Source: Candidatus Omnitrophota bacterium (GTDB lineage Bacteria > Ratteibacteria > UBA8468 > MWAK01). From it: a stretch of DNA of 49,534 bases. The DNA lies in contig JAZDPL010000079.1 of assembly GCA_043797665.1 (NCBI GenBank), positions 1 to 49,534 of the forward strand. Direction: 5' to 3'. Positions 18,253 to 26,835 of this stretch are shown here, one piece after another. The notes below the pieces were generated by a model. The model did no database searches, had not been told where the DNA came from, and saw nothing but the letters and a program-made list of their open reading frames with translations. The stretch's first letter is position 1, and every line of letters begins with the position of its first letter. Made by a program: the position numbers and the translations under genes.

Positions 18253-19404
18253 CTATGCGTTCCTTTCGGAGGCTAAAAATACCTGTTCGGCGGCCGAAAC
18301 TCCAGCCCCTAACTTAACCGGGTATCCCATCTTAGCCAACTGGTACTCCAGAGCGGCAATCGCCTCCAGAATTTCAAACATATCAACCCAGCCTAAGTGG
18401 GCAATACGAAATATCTTTCCCTTTAGATTTCCCTGTCCTCCGGCGAAGGTGATACCGGACTTGTCACGTAACGCCCTGGTCAGCGCTTCCGCATCCACAC
18501 CCTCCGGTACCCGGACCGCGGTAAGCGCATTACTGGGATTTTCCGCCAGAAGTTTCAGACCTAAGGCTTTCACCGCTTCCCGGGTGGCGCCGGCTAATAG
18601 GCCGTGACGCTGCCAGACGTTTTCAATTCCTTCTTCTCTAATCATCCTCAGGCTGGCTGCCAGACCGATGATAAGAGTCAAAGCGGGCGTATAGGGTGTA
18701 TCCTCCTTTTGCAGAGCCTTCCGGTAAGCCGGCAAATCAAAGTAATAGTGCGGGGATTTACTTTTGGCTGCAACCTCCCAGGCTTTCGGACTCAACGAGA
18801 TAAACGCAAGTCCGGGCGGCAGCATAAAAGCTTTCTGGGAAGCAGACACCATTACGTCAATATTCCACTGGTCGGTACGGCACTCCACCGCACCCAAACT
18901 GCTGATACCATCAACCACCAGAAGCGCTTCCGGAAAATCTTGCAGAACCTTTCCGATTGCCTGAACATCGGTATGGACACCGGTGGAAGTTTCGCAGAGA
19001 GTAACAAAGACCGCTTTAGTTGAAGGTTCTGCCTTCAACGCCTTCACTATCTCTTCCGGCTTAACCGATTTACCCCATTCCACATCAAGGGAAGTTACAC
19101 CAATCCCATAGGCGGCCGCTATCTCGCGGAACCGCTCACCAAATTTTCCGCCCTCTGCCACCAGACACCGCTCCCCGGGAGAAAGGAAATTGCTGACTGC
19201 GGCTTCCATCGCACCGGTTCCCGAGGAGGTTAAAATCAAAACGTCTTCTTTCGTCTGAAAAAGATATTTAAGCCCGGCAAAAGCCTCCGCCAGGACTTTG
19301 CGAAACTGCGGGGTACGGTGATGAATAAGCGGTTTCGCCATCTCCAACAGAATCTCATCCGGCACCGGCGTCGGTCCGGGCGTAAAAAGTCTACTTTTCC
19401 ACAT
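18253..19404 (-). CDS. class V PLP aminotransferase (serine/alanine-glyoxylate family; possible phosphoserine aminotransferase role)
   Basis: LFTPGPTPV, SSGTGAMEA, CETSTG and SQKAFMLPPG; lies directly upstream of serA. Confidence 0.9.
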   Translation of the reverse strand: MWKSRLFTPGPTPVPDEILLEMAKPLIHHRTPQFRKVLAEAFAGLKYLFQTKEDVLILTSSGTGAMEAAVSNFLSPGERCLVAEGGKFGERFREIAAAYGIGVTSLDVEWGKSVKPEEIVKALKAEPSTKAVFVTLCETSTGVHTDVQAIGKVLQDFPEALLVVDGISSLGAVECRTDQWNIDVMVSASQKAFMLPPGLAFISLSPKAWEVAAKSKSPHYYFDLPAYRKALQKEDTPYTPALTLIIGLAASLRMIREEGIENVWQRHGLLAGATREAVKALGLKLLAENPSNALTAVRVPEGVDAEALTRALRDKSGITFAGGQGNLKGKIFRIAHLGWVDMFEILEAIAALEYQLAKMGYPVKLGAGVSAAEQVFLASERNA

Positions 19405-19410
19405 CAACCG

Positions 19411-19445
19411 CCCCCTTGTCAATCCTATGCCAATGGAACCCGTCT
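19411..19445. repeat. 35-bp exact direct repeat containing 29-bp element copy 3 (19414-19442)
   Basis: CCCCCTTGTCAATCCTATGCCAATGGAACCCGTCT, identical to 20099-20133. Confidence 0.9.
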
Positions 19446-19468
19446 GAATTATAGGGGTTCCTTAGGAT

Positions 19469-19498
19469 AAAATACCATAAAACCGCTCCGGGTGTCAA
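19469..19498 (-). promoter_or_regulatory. promoter for the aminotransferase-serA-rny unit
   Basis: TTGACA-N18-TATTTT with an extended -10 TG. Confidence 0.5.
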
Positions 19499-19522
19499 AG
19501 GGATTGACCCCTAAGGGGTTGT

Positions 19523-20095
19523 TTAACAACCCCTAAAAGCTAACTCCGGGGATTCTTTCTCCGTCTCTGAAATCTGGAAAAGCGGCATTGCCTGATATCC
19601 CAGCATCCGGGCTAACAAAACGGTTGGTATCTGGGCAATCTTTATGTTATAAATGTTCACCGATTCGTTGTAAAACTCCCGGCGGTCTGAAATCTCATTC
19701 TCCAGGGCGGAAATCCTCTCACGTAACTGGGCAAAGTTCTGGTCCGCTTTTAACTGAGGGTAGTTTTCCGCTACCGCAAAAAGGGTCTTTAAGGCACCCG
19801 CCAGTTGCCCTTCCGCTTTGAACCTTTCATTCATTCCCTGCGCACCAGCCACTATGGAACGGAGACTGATAACCTTTTCCAGCGTTTCCCGTTCGTACTC
19901 CATATAAGACTTACAAACCTCAACCAACTTCGGCAACTCGTCAAAACGTTGTTTCAGAAGGACATCGATGTTACTCCAGGCCCGGCTGACATTGTTCTTC
20001 AGCATCACCAGAAGATTGTAGATACTGACAAAACCGCCGAGCAAAGCGATAAAGAGCAAACCTCCGGTAACCAGCCAAACAATTCCCATCATCAT
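19523..20095 (-). CDS. lemA: LemA family membrane protein
   Basis: N-terminal TM helix, YNLL...AWSNIDVLLKQRFD, AVAENYPQLKA and RREFYNESV. Confidence 0.92.
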   Translation of the reverse strand: MMMGIVWLVTGGLLFIALLGGFVSIYNLLVMLKNNVSRAWSNIDVLLKQRFDELPKLVEVCKSYMEYERETLEKVISLRSIVAGAQGMNERFKAEGQLAGALKTLFAVAENYPQLKADQNFAQLRERISALENEISDRREFYNESVNIYNIKIAQIPTVLLARMLGYQAMPLFQISETEKESPELAFRGC

Positions 20096-20098
20096 TTA

Positions 20099-20133
20099 CC
20101 CCCTTGTCAATCCTATGCCAATGGAACCCGTCT
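20099..20133. repeat. 35-bp exact direct repeat containing 29-bp element copy 4 (20102-20130)
   Basis: Identical to 19411-19445; lies immediately upstream of the lemA start. Confidence 0.9.
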
Positions 20134-20206
20134 AATTCTTATATTTTATCATAATTATTCAAAAAGTGGTATAATAACCGGGAAATAAAAATCCTCCCCA
20201 TCGCCA

Positions 20207-21205
20207 ATGAAAAAAGTCTGTCTGTATGTCCTCCTCTGCGGCCTGTTCTCCGGTTGCACTAAACCCCAGCCTCTGGTAATCAAAGATTTTGAAATCTATC
20301 TCTCGCGAAAAAATGATATTGCGGAAAAACTGGTAAAAATAATTCTTGAGGCCCGGAAAGAGGTACTGCTCACCACCTACGAAGCCAACCTGCCCTGCGT
20401 ACTTTCCGCGTTAGCCGAGGCACAACGCCGCGGAGTTAAGGTGGCTCTCCTTTTAGACGACCAGACGCTGCCGGAATGTCCTCTTCCTCCCACGGAGACT
20501 TACACCGACCATAACCCCAATTATCTGATGCACACCAAATTCGGGGTGGTGGATGGAAAAATTTCCTGGTTAGGTTCTTTCAACCTTACCTTTTCCTCGG
20601 CCTATCAGAGCGACAACGACCTCATTTTTTTCCACTCCCCGGAAGTTTCATCCTACCTGCGGAAGGCATTCTATGTTCTTAAATCCGGCCGGGAACCATC
20701 CTCTTTGAAAAAGAAAAACGTGCCGGTTAAAATCTACTTTACCCCGAAATGTCAATCTGCCCTGCTTGAAGAATTAGAATCGGCACAAAAGAAAATCTTC
20801 TTCTCGCTCTATGTCCTTACTGACCCAAAAGTCATTAACCTCTTACAAAGAAAAGCCCGGACCGGGGTAAAAGTCTCCGGGGTTCTGGAACGAAGTTGGG
20901 AGGGAAACAAAAAGGCGTTTGACGATTTGAGGCTTTCCGGAATAAACGTATCCTGGGACCAAAACTACCATCTAAACCACTACAAAGTCTTTATCATTGA
21001 CGAAAAAGAGGTAATCACCGGTTCTTATAACCCCAGCCTTGCCGCCACCCGGAACCAGGAAATTCTGGCAATCATCGACGACCCCACGGTCGCCCTCTTC
21101 TACCGCTGCCACCTCTCTCCCCTACCAGATCCCTTACATTTTAACTTACAAGGGGACCCGTATTCCTGTATGCCTGCTCCTGTAGATAGTAAACAGGGGT
21201 TTTAA
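20207..21205 (+). CDS. phospholipase D/nuclease family lipoprotein with two HKD motifs
   Basis: Lipobox-like LFSGC; HTKFGVVD...GSFN and HYKVFIID...GSYN. The C-terminus is encoded by repeat DNA. Confidence 0.85.
   Translation: MKKVCLYVLLCGLFSGCTKPQPLVIKDFEIYLSRKNDIAEKLVKIILEARKEVLLTTYEANLPCVLSALAEAQRRGVKVALLLDDQTLPECPLPPTETYTDHNPNYLMHTKFGVVDGKISWLGSFNLTFSSAYQSDNDLIFFHSPEVSSYLRKAFYVLKSGREPSSLKKKNVPVKIYFTPKCQSALLEELESAQKKIFFSLYVLTDPKVINLLQRKARTGVKVSGVLERSWEGNKKAFDDLRLSGINVSWDQNYHLNHYKVFIIDEKEVITGSYNPSLAATRNQEILAIIDDPTVALFYRCHLSPLPDPLHFNLQGDPYSCMPAPVDSKQGF
21132..21160. repeat. 29-bp element, copy 5 (degenerate centre)
   Basis: CCTTACATTTTAACTTACAAGGGGACCCG; same length and ends as the other copies. 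Confidence 0.55.
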
Positions 21206-21216
21206 GCAGGAATCCA
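21161..21216. repeat. GTCATTCC-type REP with a 27-bp nested insert
   Basis: ATTCCTGTATG-[CCTGCTCCTGTAGATAGTAAACAGGGG]-TTTTAAGCAGGAATCCA, compared with the uninterrupted copy at 186-213. Confidence 0.6.
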
Positions 21217-21322
21217 TAAAAATTGTCTGTTTTCCCCCATGTTGAGTTCTCTTTTTCAAAATATACCACATTTTTTCTATCAGGCAAACGTCGTATAGCC
21301 CTCCGATATGTAATTACGGAGA

Positions 21323-21652
21323 TTAAAGCAGTTCCAAAAAGAGTTTTATCTTTTCTTCTATCTTTTTCAGTTCTTCCGGCGGTAAAGTTCCTATTTTGGA
21401 AATGAGACGTTGTTTAGATATCGTTCTAATTTGGTCAGCCATCGCTTTACTTTCTTTTCCCTGGAATGTAATTTTCACTTCGGAGGGATAGATTTCAGAA
21501 ATATTGGATGAAACAGGGATTACTACTACCCGGTTAAGATAAGGGTTTGCTTTATCAGTACTTACGACAACAGCAGGTCTTCGTTTTTTTATTTCCCCGC
21601 CTACGGAAGGTTCAAAACTTACCCGGAAAAGGTCGCCCCTTTTTACATCCAC
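21323..21652 (-). CDS. mazF: PemK/MazF family toxin
   Basis: KRGDLFRVSFEPSVGGEIKKRRPAVVVS and AMADQIRTISKQRL. Confidence 0.92.
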   Translation of the reverse strand: MDVKRGDLFRVSFEPSVGGEIKKRRPAVVVSTDKANPYLNRVVVIPVSSNISEIYPSEVKITFQGKESKAMADQIRTISKQRLISKIGTLPPEELKKIEEKIKLFLELL

Positions 21653-21882
21653 TATAACTCCTCGTTCATTCCCGCTTCACTCCACTGGCAGGCTTCCTTT
21701 TCCCTGGTTTGGTCTTTGCCCATCATTTTAAAACCTTCTTCTATCGGGTCTTCTAACCGGCACTTCTCAATTCTTTCTCTCACGCAGTCTTCCACAAATT
21801 TACTCATTTTTCTTTTCGGAATCAAAAAATGAATCTTTTTGTAAATCTGGTCATCAATAGAAAGGGTTATCTTTTGTTGCAT
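21652..21882 (-). CDS. putative ribbon-helix-helix antitoxin
   Basis: MQQKITLSIDDQIY...SKFVEDCVRE with an acidic C-terminus; its stop overlaps the toxin start. Confidence 0.8.
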   Translation of the reverse strand: MQQKITLSIDDQIYKKIHFLIPKRKMSKFVEDCVRERIEKCRLEDPIEEGFKMMGKDQTREKEACQWSEAGMNEEL

Positions 21883-22015
21883 GGGTCTCCTCCTTCGTCG
21901 TCAGACAGGGTGTCCCCCACTCTGACAGTGGGGACCCCGTACCTTCTCGCCACCCGACGCTAAAGACGTGCTCCTTACTCGTCGTACTGCGTCCCTCCTT
22001 TTACATCTACATATA

Positions 22016-22045
22016 AGTATAGCACAGTGCATAAAGAGATGTCAA
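22016..22045 (-). promoter_or_regulatory. promoter of the TA operon with a palindromic operator candidate
   Basis: TTGACA-N18-TATACT; GCACTGTGC palindrome abutting the -10. Confidence 0.65.
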
Positions 22046-22220
22046 ATTGAGAATGCAAGGTATGTAACGGTTAGAAATCGTTGATAGATAAAGGGTTTGG
22101 TGACCTTACCCAAAATGTCGGGTGGCTATAATTGGGGTTGTAAAAAAGCCTTAATTTGAAATAACAGAAGGTGGGTATAAAAGATATGAATTCCTGTAGG
22201 TTCAGTCGGTCGGGGGGACA

Positions 22221-22280
22221 TCAGGCGGGAGTAACGCGGTTCCGGCCGTTTTTCTTGGAGGAATAAAGGGCGTCGTCAGT
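22221..22280 (-). pseudogene. C-terminal remnant of a GGDEF (diguanylate cyclase) domain
   Basis: Reads TDDALYSSKKNGRNRVTPA*, matching the ADxALYxAKxxGRNRV end of GGDEF domains. Confidence 0.6.
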
Positions 22281-22349
22281 GTACCTGGCAGCCTTCCAGT
22301 TGATAAACCTTCTCGAAATATGCTTTCAGGGTAATCAGACCGCGTACCT

Positions 22350-22709
22350 TTAGGTCATCGGTGAGCGGGCGGTAAAATGAGGCGGAGCGATAACAGCGAT
22401 GTCCGCTCCATCCTCTTCGGCCGCTTTAACGTTTGCCAGCATTCGCGGTGCGGAGTTATCGGTTATTTGAATCGCGACCAGCATCTTTCTTTGATTATAC
22501 TCAATCACCTTACGAATCAGCGTGCGGCGAAGACGCTCCGGCAGCCACGGTCCTTCACCGTTGGTACCCAGAAGGAATAACCCGTTAACGCCCAGTCGCA
22601 GGTGGTGCTCTATCATTCGCTTCACAGATGGGACATCCACTTCCATCTTTTCCGTCAGGGGCGTAGGGGCCGCCGACCATACTCCGTTTAATCTTTCCCG
22701 ATTAATCAT
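22350..22709 (-). pseudogene. 3'-truncated DapA/NanA-family aldolase
   Basis: GVWSAAPTP, GLFLLGTNGEG and GADIAVIAPP; ends at 119 aa, before the Schiff-base lysine region. Confidence 0.8.
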
Positions 22710-22721
22710 ATTTCTTATCCG

Positions 22722-24842
22722 CTACAAATTAATTAATACCGGTTCCTTCATCTTAGACCAGTTTTTTATTCTTTTGAGCTTTGCCATGCTTTCGGTAAGC
22801 AGTATCATGGAGGCCGCTCCGTGTTTCGGCAGGATTATTTCAGCATAGCCGTTTTTTGAAACAGCAGGTTTTATCACATAGTACCCCCGGTAATCGGCGC
22901 CGAAGACAACGGCTGTTTTCAATGTTTCCATACCCGGGACTTTTATCTTTACATGAACGTCTTTCGTATATTTTCCCTTAACCATGCCTCCGAACGGGAC
23001 CGCCAATACTACGGCGGCGTATTCACCCCATCCGGTAACGAATATATTTGATTTGACGTTGTCTGAACACCCGAGAAGCGGAGCAAGATATTTATTTTTT
23101 GGTCTGACTTCTGTGATAATGGGATTGGCGGCATATACCCATTTCCTTCCCGGGAGAAACTCAAAAAGCGGATTATACATGGCGAACAGAGTAACCGCAT
23201 CCCTGGGCAGCGGTTTCGTTGTCGGGTATCGGTAATAAGGCGAAACATGCAGCCATGATCCGTAATAAAGGGCGGTTTGGAAGGCATTTTCACCTTCCGC
23301 CAGACACATCGTCGGGCGCTCGGGGCAGAGCATCGCCATTCTGCCCAGTTGTTTAGGTTCGCCTTCGGCCATAGCCCCGTCAAGATACTCCATAAGCTGC
23401 CAGCGGCAGGGAGCGTTCCCGATTCCGGTGAACCGGGGCCTGGGAAAGACCTCCCGCATTATCTTCAAGGCGCGCAGATACATATTCGCCAGGTTGTAAG
23501 CCGGTTTGTTATTGTAAAATGTTTCTCCGTCAAAATGCGCAGTGTCTATCCAGCCGTAACCCACCTGGTCGAAGAAAAACCCGTCAATCTCCGGAATCTT
23601 TTTCACCAGCATTTGAAACTGGTCAATCAGGTGATGGAACCAGGAATATTCCGGGTCACAGTTCATGAGGAGAGTATGGTGTTCCCGGTCGTAATAATTC
23701 CACGTGACCAGTTCTTCGCCGTTGGTTATCCGGGCAATGGATTTCCGGAAGCATTTTCTGGCCAATCCGGATTCGCAGTCGCCGATATTGAAATACGACA
23801 TTACGTTTACGCCGTTTTTATGACAGGTCTCGATGTATCTTCTCAGGTCATCGTAGACCAGCCCCTTAATGCCCCGTTCCGGATGTTCTTTTGTTTGAAA
23901 CTGCGTGGCATCGAACGGCTCTTCCGGCGCGTAAATTCCGAAATGCTGGCAGTGGAAAAGTTCATTCCACTTGTAGTTCATTTTGCCGACCCAGTCTTGA
24001 ATCCGTTTCTCGGGTATCATCGGAATCGTATACGCCATGTTTCCGTCAACCTTTTCCTGGCCTTCCACAGGACCGAGGAGACCGGGGAATTTTTCCCTGA
24101 CCCAACCGAGTGCGGGACGCCAGTCCCCTTCGTGGCTGAAGCACCATATTTCCAGGCGGACGTTTTTCTTTGAAGTCAGCGCGATATTGTGAAAAACAAG
24201 GCGCGTGGACGACGTTCTCTGACGGAATTCAAAATCAACATACCACCGCTGATCCGGCGGAATAAGATACGAAAAGCCAAAACTTGGATCCGTACTTGCG
24301 TGATAGAGCGTACAGAGCGGAAGTGGAATGTCCGTCGCTTCGTCAACGCATTTGCAGAAATGCATTGTTTTAATGCCATAGTCATTGCCGAACGGTGCTT
24401 CATAAACCGGCATCCAGAGATCCCAACTGCTGTGTCCTGATCCGCCTGACCCGGGAAAGACCGGATGCGGTATTATCAGGTCAATTTTAATTTCCCGGTC
24501 AGGCCCGTTCCGGAGGGCGATATCCATTCTCCATACCCAATGGTCTTGTTCCCACTTCCACTCCTGCCCGGCTTTAAAATCTTTCGCGCTCGGGAAGTCG
24601 GCGGGAAAAAAAGAAGTACCGGTAGAACAATCTTGCAGTATACAGGTTCCGCTCACTTTTGGATCAAAGAAGGATGTGAACGTCTTTTCCGAAACCGCCT
24701 CTTCATCGGCAATCGCGCCGATGGTTTCCGTTCGGGCCTTCACTGTTTGGATATTCGGCACAATTCTCCGTATGCATTCATTTTCGTCTATTTCCAGCGT
24801 AAATTCTTTGCCGGCCAGTTTTTTATTAAAATCACTCTTCAT
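22722..24842 (-). CDS. hypothetical protein, putative TIM-barrel glycoside hydrolase-like
   Basis: 706 aa; YIETCHKNGVNVMSYFN and IDGFFFDQ segments recall clan GH-D/DUF6259-like barrels; lies in a sugar locus. Confidence 0.45.
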   Translation of the reverse strand: MKSDFNKKLAGKEFTLEIDENECIRRIVPNIQTVKARTETIGAIADEEAVSEKTFTSFFDPKVSGTCILQDCSTGTSFFPADFPSAKDFKAGQEWKWEQDHWVWRMDIALRNGPDREIKIDLIIPHPVFPGSGGSGHSSWDLWMPVYEAPFGNDYGIKTMHFCKCVDEATDIPLPLCTLYHASTDPSFGFSYLIPPDQRWYVDFEFRQRTSSTRLVFHNIALTSKKNVRLEIWCFSHEGDWRPALGWVREKFPGLLGPVEGQEKVDGNMAYTIPMIPEKRIQDWVGKMNYKWNELFHCQHFGIYAPEEPFDATQFQTKEHPERGIKGLVYDDLRRYIETCHKNGVNVMSYFNIGDCESGLARKCFRKSIARITNGEELVTWNYYDREHHTLLMNCDPEYSWFHHLIDQFQMLVKKIPEIDGFFFDQVGYGWIDTAHFDGETFYNNKPAYNLANMYLRALKIMREVFPRPRFTGIGNAPCRWQLMEYLDGAMAEGEPKQLGRMAMLCPERPTMCLAEGENAFQTALYYGSWLHVSPYYRYPTTKPLPRDAVTLFAMYNPLFEFLPGRKWVYAANPIITEVRPKNKYLAPLLGCSDNVKSNIFVTGWGEYAAVVLAVPFGGMVKGKYTKDVHVKIKVPGMETLKTAVVFGADYRGYYVIKPAVSKNGYAEIILPKHGAASMILLTESMAKLKRIKNWSKMKEPVLINL

Positions 24843-26655
24843 AGTTAAACTCTCCTATTGAATTGAGGGTGTCTTGGGCAAGGGAGATTTTGTAGTCAAG
24901 GTCCGCCGGCGTAAAAAGATACTGGGGCGGATCCGCGTAGTAACCCAGACGCGGTTCAGCCTTGATCAGTTCTTTTTCTTCCCGGGCACTCGCTATCTCT
25001 TCTTTCAGAATCTTCCTTAACCCGGCAGACAATGCTTTATCCGGACGGGCCTTCTTCTTTTCCCAACGCTGGTGGAGGTCGTAAAACCGGACGATGTTAA
25101 TGAGGCTCCGCACGGAAAGCATGACGTGCCGGGCTATTACCAGTTCATTCTGAAGGGCCGGGTTTTCCCGGTCTTTGTCTATTGCCTGCTTTAAGATGCC
25201 TATCCCTTCTTCCCAACCTTTCAAGAGTTTCCGGAAGGCGGAAACGACTACTCCGGAAGTAAAGGGCTTAATCCATTCCGCCGGATTGTTGTCGCTAAGA
25301 TTCAGATGCCCTTTTTCGTCGCGGGGAAGAAAATCAAAACTGGTTATCCGGCGTTCCCGGGTAAGATTGAGGGAAAGAGGATAGGCAACCGCGTAGTAGA
25401 TGGGCCCCCAGTAGACAAACGGAGTACTGAAAGGATACTCCTGCCAGGCATCCGAGAATTTGCGCCAGGCCTTACATACTAAACGGGCACTTTTTTCGCC
25501 AAACTCCGACCGGGCAAGTTCCTTGACCGCATCCCCGGGTGAGGGCTGGGGCGAGCGGGACATTATCCCGGCCAGCCTGGACATTGGCGATGCGTCACCG
25601 CCGGCAATCCAGCAGCCCATGTAGCCGGCAACCTTGAGAGCAGCCATTCTTTTCAGTTTTTCCGCCAAAAGATACGGCGTTGATATATGAGGAATTCCAT
25701 ATAATTCGTTAGCGGTGCTGATTTGAATCGTGGCCAGCATTTTCATTCCCCTCTTCTGGGCAAGGGCGGTCTGTTTCTTGAATCTGGGGGAGGGACCAAT
25801 GTAGGATGAACTGTATTCGTCCACCGGATAACGCTTGCGGTTGAGATAGATATAACCGCCCCGTTCCCAATCGGACATCAGGATAACATCTTCAGGCAAG
25901 AGGTTAATCAGGTTTTTTTGCGGGTCAGGCTCCAGGATATACCAGGACCAACTCCAGGCGATGGTTTTTGCCTGGGAAGAGGCGCTTTTAATCCCGCGGT
26001 TGACCAGGGTGATAATCTCAGCTGCCACCTCTTCCGGCTTGCGCCGGGCGCACCGCGGACAAACAAATTCCCTCCCCGCCCATTTTGCCATTTCCGAGTC
26101 CGTAAATTTTGTCTGGGGCCGGGGAAAATGGGAATAACAGTGGGTAGGCCACTCGCTGGCGGTAATCAGGAACGCGCCGCCCAGACCCGGGACCGCCTTA
26201 AAGAGATTATAAGAACTCTCCTCCAAATACTCCTTGACCGCCGGCGTGCTGGAGCAGAGACTGATATAATGCCCGTCAAAATCTTTGTTTACGCCAAAAA
26301 TAGGCGACGGCTGGCCCTTTAATTCCGGGTGGACCTTCCAGAACGGTTCTTCCAGTTTCAGGCTGCGCGGCTCGCAAAAGTAGAGATAGGCATTGATTCC
26401 AAACCGGCCCACCTTTTCCACTAAACGGTTCAGGCAGGATATCCGGTTCTTTTTGATGTCATTATCCGAAAAGAGTTTGGAAGGTACGCTTTCCCGTAAA
26501 TCCAGGCGGAGCCAGATGGCGTTATAACCAGACCGGCTGATTTCCTCAAGATAATCGTCCGGGTAGGCCTCCAGGGATGTTTCAATCTCTTTCCCGGAAA
26601 AATCTCCCCAAGGTGAACGAATCATCCTGAAGTCAAAAACAAATCCTTTTTCCAT
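24832..26655 (-). CDS. uncharacterised TIM-barrel-like protein, paralogue of 35061-37274
   Basis: LCSSTP, SEWPTHC, CPRC and DEYSSSYIGPS motifs shared with 35061-37274. Start placed at ATG 26655, downstream of a promoter-like TTGTCA-N17-TAATAT. Confidence 0.6.
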   Translation of the reverse strand: MEKGFVFDFRMIRSPWGDFSGKEIETSLEAYPDDYLEEISRSGYNAIWLRLDLRESVPSKLFSDNDIKKNRISCLNRLVEKVGRFGINAYLYFCEPRSLKLEEPFWKVHPELKGQPSPIFGVNKDFDGHYISLCSSTPAVKEYLEESSYNLFKAVPGLGGAFLITASEWPTHCYSHFPRPQTKFTDSEMAKWAGREFVCPRCARRKPEEVAAEIITLVNRGIKSASSQAKTIAWSWSWYILEPDPQKNLINLLPEDVILMSDWERGGYIYLNRKRYPVDEYSSSYIGPSPRFKKQTALAQKRGMKMLATIQISTANELYGIPHISTPYLLAEKLKRMAALKVAGYMGCWIAGGDASPMSRLAGIMSRSPQPSPGDAVKELARSEFGEKSARLVCKAWRKFSDAWQEYPFSTPFVYWGPIYYAVAYPLSLNLTRERRITSFDFLPRDEKGHLNLSDNNPAEWIKPFTSGVVVSAFRKLLKGWEEGIGILKQAIDKDRENPALQNELVIARHVMLSVRSLINIVRFYDLHQRWEKKKARPDKALSAGLRKILKEEIASAREEKELIKAEPRLGYYADPPQYLFTPADLDYKISLAQDTLNSIGEFNYEE

Positions 26656-26696
26656 ATGGGCTCTCTTTAAAAATATATTACCATAATACTTGTGAC

Positions 26697-26831
26697 TTGA
26701 CAAATCATCCATTTTTAAGGTACCATAAAACCGAAACGTTCAAAATTGTGATAGTTCACACGAAAAAATCAATGATAGCTTTAGTATTACAGATATTACA
26801 TTCCACTTTTTTTGTTAAAATCGAAACGTTC
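26697..26831 (+). promoter_or_regulatory. divergent promoter region with two LacI-type operator candidates
   Basis: TTGACA-N18-TACCAT (26697-26726); TAAAA(C/T)CGAAACGTTC at 26726-26741 and 26816-26831. Confidence 0.6.
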
Positions 26832-26835
26832 TGAA

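Noticed and set aside
4031..21160. 29-bp repeats as a CRISPR array
   Set aside because: The copies are kilobases apart and divergent, with no regular spacers and no cas genes.
23277..24173. 298-aa ORF on the + strand
   Set aside because: Fully antisense to the 706-aa gene, with no recognisable motifs or SD; a shadow ORF.
26747..26760. TGTGA-TAGT-TCACA as a CRP site
   Set aside because: The spacer is 4 nt rather than the 6 nt of CRP sites. It is a real palindrome but cannot be assigned.
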